From the human T2T-CHM13v2.0 reference genome, Homo sapiens: a stretch of 64,000 bases of DNA. The position numbers and the translations under genes are program-made. The notes under the pieces are model-generated. The model had not been told where the DNA came from. It worked only from the letters and a program-made list of their open reading frames with translations, and searched no databases. The stretch lies in NCBI RefSeq assembly GCF_009914755.1, contig NC_060939.1, one strand, 5' to 3'. Below are positions 59,111 to 64,000 of the stretch, piece after piece. The stretch's first letter is position 1, and each line of letters begins with the position of its first letter.

Positions 59111-61184
59111 ATTCCATTCATAACAAATTTAAAAATCAATATTAAAAATATAGGTTGTACTCTTCCAGTACTAAAAAAAAAAAAAAACAAAAAACCTAAA
59201 GAATAATTATGTGAAATTCAAATGTCAGTGTCCATACATCAAGTCTTATTGGAACAAAAAATACATACGTGAGAAACATAACCCAGATTTTATTTAAAAG
59301 GTTGTCCAGGAAAGACAAAAATGTCCTTAAAAATGGATTTGCCAAAAGAAAAATGTATATAAGAGAAACCTCTAGAATCATACACACGTGTGCAAACATA
59401 CATATACAGTATGCTTATGTATATAGATAAAGCTAAGCTGGAAATAGTTGGTTAAAAAAAACCACGCATACGAAAGGTGGTTTTGAAAAAAAGAAGGGGC
59501 AGAAGGTTGAAAACTTCCATTCTGGGCTTTCATGCTTGGGGTTTAAGGCGACCTTCATGAAGGGGCTGGGGGAGACAGATGCCTGCTGCTGAACGCCAGC
59601 CTGTGTCATTGCTAACCCTTGCCACACCCCACCAAGGCTGGCATCTCCACTACTCTCAGCTGGGAAACACAGAAACCAGTTCATCGAGGTAAAGCCACCT
59701 GCATGAGACCCACAGCCAGTCACAATGGCTTGATTCAAACTCAGCCCTGTCCAGCCAAAAGGTCCACATTCCTTCTTTATTCCCTCAAGTCCCATTGTAA
59801 CCAAAGTTTGTCACTGAAATAAATTGCAATAACAGAAAAGGACCTATCTTTCTCAATTTTGCATGTCTTGTTGCAGAACTTAATTGTAAGGACCTCAACA
59901 TCAAGCAGTCACAGCAAAGTGATTCAAGAGGAAGAGAAGGAAAACCTGGAATAAGGCGAAGGAGTCAAAGTTGACATGGATGGAAAAAGCCCACTGCAGC
60001 TGACGAGCCCCAGGTCATTATGACTCTGCCGAGTTCCTTTGCCATAACGCAGAGAAAACAGGATTGCGAGAGGTACGCGGAGAGCATAGTAAAGGTAGTG
60101 GCAGATGGAAGGTTGGAGGGAACAAGAATGAGAATCTTTTAAATATTCTACTTGGTTTTTACCTATAGACATAACCCAGGAGGGAGAATTTTCCAGCAGG
60201 AACATTACAACTTTCTCCAGCAGGTGCTGTGTTCACGCTATCAATACATCAGCATCAGCAGCAAGCGTTAAGCACGGTAGACAGCATCACCAGGGTCAAC
60301 TCAGGCCGAGTGGAGCCGCTCAACACGGCTGCACCCAGCCCACAAGCGCTAGAAGCCAGGCACGCAGTGTTTGAGCATCTCCGTGACAAAGGAATCAGCC
60401 GTGTCACTGCTCGAATTTTACTCTTTGAAAACCATTATTACAGTTAAAAAAAACCTATCTTTGTGTGACGTAATATTCTTTCACACAAGGAAAAATAGAA
60501 CACATTCAGTTGTTCTGTTCTCACTTCTGCGATTTCCAAAATCTCCTTTCCTCAGGAACAACTAGCTGTTGTTTTCTTAATACTGGACCATCCACAAGCC
60601 AGTTCTGAAGTCACATATTCATGTCCTATCCCCAAGCCTGGGGGAGGAGGGGGGAGGCACCCAACTCGTTCCTGTTTTGATAGTTCGAGAACCATCCAAT
60701 GGCTGTAATTCAAATTTTCCTTAAAATATTCAGCATCAGAATTGGATCTAAACTGGTAAATTTCAGTTCAAAACATGAAAATTAGGAAGAATGAAAACTT
60801 GAAGTTATGAGGGAGAAAATTCAAGTTGCACAGTGTTCACTGAGATTGCACAGCACAATCTAAACACTGCCTGTCACGCCAAGCCCAGTCAAAACCAGAA
60901 ACATTAAGGAATACTACAGATTTAAAGAAGTAACACGAGAAAGCAATCCTCAGTCATATTCTGATATGCCACAAAAGGAAAGACTGCAAGGAACAGTGCA
61001 AGTTTCAGGAAGAACAAAACTGTAGGAACAAGCTCCCTTGTCAAAATCACCCATTTTCTCCTTGGCTGGCTGATGACAGTTCAGAGCCACATGCACCCCA
61101 TACACCATTAGCCCAAAGCTCAGTCGCCTCCCTTGGAACAAATGCCACTAAAAAGGTGAGAGATGGAAGGGGGATGGGAAAGTT

Positions 61185-61400
61185 TCGTGTTCCAGGGGCT
61201 GGGGGGAGGCAAAAATGGGAAGGTGTTTAATGGGTACAGAGTTTCCGTTTTGCAAGATAAAAAAGCTGTAGAGATTGATTGCACAGCAATGCGAACCTAA
61301 GAATACCGAACCACACAGTTAAAAATGGCTAAGGTGGTAAATTTCATGTTAAGTGTATTTTACTACAATTAAAAGTACAAAGTTAACGAATTAAAAAAAT
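61185..61400 (+). mobile_element. L1MB 3' end
   Basis: tgtttaatgggtacagagtttccgttttgcaagat...aaaaatggctaaggtggtaaatttcatgtt. Confidence 0.8.
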
Positions 61401-62179
61401 AAAGCTTCATGCTCTAAATAATGTTCTCTAGCAAGCCTTGTAAGAAGAAATTTCCCCTTGACATGTAACTAGGGCACTGACGTCCAAGAGAGCAGGTACC
61501 AAGGCCTGAACACAGCTCAAGCACTTTGTCACCTGCCAGGTGCCGACCACAGGCTCTGACAAGGCTCAGAGCACAGGGCAAGGCGCACGTTCAGAATCAA
61601 CTGAGGTCCCGTGCCAAGCCAGGCGAGCCAGGTGACAATCCGACGACAGCCACAAAACACAAGGCACAAGCCTCAAAGACATGTAACAAAGTCTCGTCTT
61701 CTTTTTTTTCCCATGGAAACTCATGCTCAGGAGAAGTCTTGGAGGCAACGGCTATATGTTTAGGGAGACACCTGGTTGGGGAGGGAACAGCGCAGCCAAG
61801 CGTCTGGAAATTCCGTCTCCGGCGTCCAGCTCTGGCGGCATCCCAGCAAGTGTTCAGTCCTGGCTGCGTTTGTCACATTTCCTTGGCAGCCTAGGGGCCT
61901 AGCAGGGTGGACCTGCCGCCTGCAGCACACTACGGCTTCTCTGGCTAGGCAATGTGGGGACACAGCAAGGGAGGGGCAGACAGGTACCAGAGAAGGAGCC
62001 GTGGTTGGAGGCACAAGGAGTGGAGCTGCTCACCACGCCAGGCTGGGCTTCACAAGGGCACCACCTACCTGTGTGACCCAAGGCCTCCCCCCAGAGCCAC
62101 ACAGGGACCTGTGGGTGACACTCTCAGGTTGCATACACTGCTATTAAGACCCCCAAACAGGAGAAAGCTATGCTCTGTA

Positions 62180-62335
62180 GCACAGTGTCTGAGTGGGGTC
62201 CCCAAAGCAGCAGCACCAACATGACCTGGGCACTTGTTGGAAATGCACATTCTGGAGTCCACCCCAGCCCCCACTGAATCAGAGACCCTGGGTGTGGGCA
62301 GGTCATCTGTGTTGAACAGTGCTCCTTCCCCACCC
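62180..62335. mobile_element. MER5A remnant
   Basis: gcagcagcaccaacatgacctgggcacttgttggaaatgcacattctggagtccacccc...actgaatcagagacc. Confidence 0.75.
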
Positions 62336-63369
62336 TGCTCCACACCCACCGGAGTATGGGAACCAGCCAGTGCTCTAGCACTATGCTAGTCTTGCTGGTC
62401 ACCAGAGAGAGGCTTGTCTCTTCCACATGGTAACTGAGTAAAATTCATGTCATTTTCCCTCCAAACAGAACTTGCCTGGAACAGCTCAGGTTTTTCATTC
62501 CACTCCACAGTCGTTAAGGAAGCTAAGAACAACCAAAGCTCTGTTAAACTGCCCCATTTTCCAATTTGGCTGCCCACACCCACGGTTTCTGGTATCAGCA
62601 CCACCTGCTTCCATCTGCAATTTGTTCTTTAAAATATTCCTGCTCCCGTGTCACCGCCACCCCAACCAAAGGAGAATCACATGATGTACACACAAAACCA
62701 GCACAGCACATCTGGAAAACCCACAACTGCGGGGCCAGAGTGCTGCTGGGCGCCTGGCCCGATGGAGCCTTCGCCCTCTACATGTACCTGCACAGGTGAG
62801 CGGTTTGCCAGGGACACAGAGCCAGGAGCCAAACTCCATTCCCCCAGGTAAGGGCAGGCAGAAGCATATTTTAAAACACTAACTGGAGCCCATCCCTCTT
62901 CTGCTTAAGCCCGTGCAGCAGCTTCCCACTGCCTGGAATGAGGCTGCTCTCCACACCCTGGCCTCCCCGCCTGCAAGGTCGGCCTGCCCGCTTCTCACTG
63001 TGCCCCCATCACCCTCCCCATCACCCACAAGCAACCAGCTATTTCTGTGCTTCTCCAATGCCAGCCTGACCACCACTGGCTGGTTGCTTATGTTGGCTTA
63101 ACACCTTCCCCTCTAAGGCCACCTCACTCCTCTCAGAGAGGTGGCCCTGATACCTGTCACTGCTGTCCCCTGGTTCTCTGCAGGGCACTTACCACGCTCT
63201 GGTTTTCCTTCTCACTGATTTGCATGTTGAATGCTGTCTGTCGTTCCTACTGCATGAGCTCCGGAGGATGAGACCTCCGGTGGTCCCTACTCTATCCCAG
63301 CAGAGGATGCAAGGGTCCCTAGCACACACTAAGTACCCAGTAAATCAATCTGAGTAGAATCAGTCAATT

Positions 63370-63870
63370 GTTTTTGTATTTCTGGTGAAACAAACAGAAC
63401 ATAAAATTTACCATCTCACCCACTAGTGCACAACCGTGTACTTACCTGTAGTGTTAATTACGTTCACGTTATTGTACAATTAACCTCCAGGACTCTTTTC
63501 ATCCTCCAATACCGAAGCTCTATACTCACGAAACACTAACTCCCCCTGCCCCCCACCCAACCCCCAGTCTACTTTGTTTCTATGACTTGGACACTGCAGT
63601 TACCTCATGTAAGCAGAGTCATTTAGCACTTGTGTTTTTGTGTCACTTGGCATACTGTCCTCAAAGTTCATCCATGCTGTGGCGTGTGTGGGAATTTCCT
63701 TCCTTTTTAAGGCTGGATAATATTCCATTGTATGGACACCCCACGTTTTGTTTATCTGCCCATCTGCCAATGGACACCTTGGCTGTTTTTGCCATCGTTC
63801 GGCCATTGTGAGTAATGCTGCTGTGAACACGGGTGTACAGATACCTCTTCCAGGCTCTGCTTTTAATTCA
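63370..63870 (-). mobile_element. L1MB-like
   Basis: aacataaaatttaccatc...ccttcctttttaaggctggataatattccattgtatggac...aatgctgctgtgaacacgggtgtaca. Confidence 0.85.
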
Positions 63871-63914
63871 TTTCTTTTTTTATTTTCGTGGTAAGTCTAA
63901 ATGAATATATATTT

Positions 63915-64000
63915 ATAATGTCAACATTTACTTTAGATTCAGGGGTATGTGTGCAGGTTGGTTACGTGAGTATATTGCGTGATGCTGAAGTTTGGGATAC
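63915..64000 (-). mobile_element. L1PA/PB 3' end (cut by window edge)
   Basis: tttagattcaggggtatgtgtgcaggttggttacgtgagtatattgcgtgatgctgaagtttggg. Confidence 0.8.

Overview
Primate genomic DNA, very probably human, lying entirely inside the ADAMTS17 gene on the minus strand. Three coding exons are present, each with canonical AG/GT ends: 58742-58825 ([28 protein letters not shown]), 57869-58026 ([53 protein letters not shown]) and 50496-50539 (TDFCVHKDEPCDTVG). They splice in frame and encode the N-terminal half of the metalloprotease domain; by my recall of the gene they are exons 5, 6 and 7. Positions 1-50495 belong to one very long intron, and the HExxH zinc-binding exon is outside the window. 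The rest is intronic and rich in repeats: Alu, L1, L2, MIR, THE1/MLT1/MLT2/MER34-type LTRs and MER5/MER20/MADE DNA elements. Almost all ORFs in the supplied track are spurious. I found no convincing new protein-coding system. The most unusual structures are: (1) an Alu that appears to carry about 145 nt of 3'-transduced flank inside a shared TSD (42955-43459); (2) a 202-bp-arm foldback palindrome made by local inverted duplication of a THE1 LTR end plus its flank (40394-40832); (3) an orphan ~0.9 kb 3'UTR-like retrocopy with a 13-bp TSD (9847-10792); (4) a ~23-copy 34-bp VNTR, an 18-bp G-rich repeat next to exon 7, and a tandem AP-1/ARE motif cluster. Repeat subfamily names come from eye-matching to remembered consensus sequences and need RepeatMasker confirmation.
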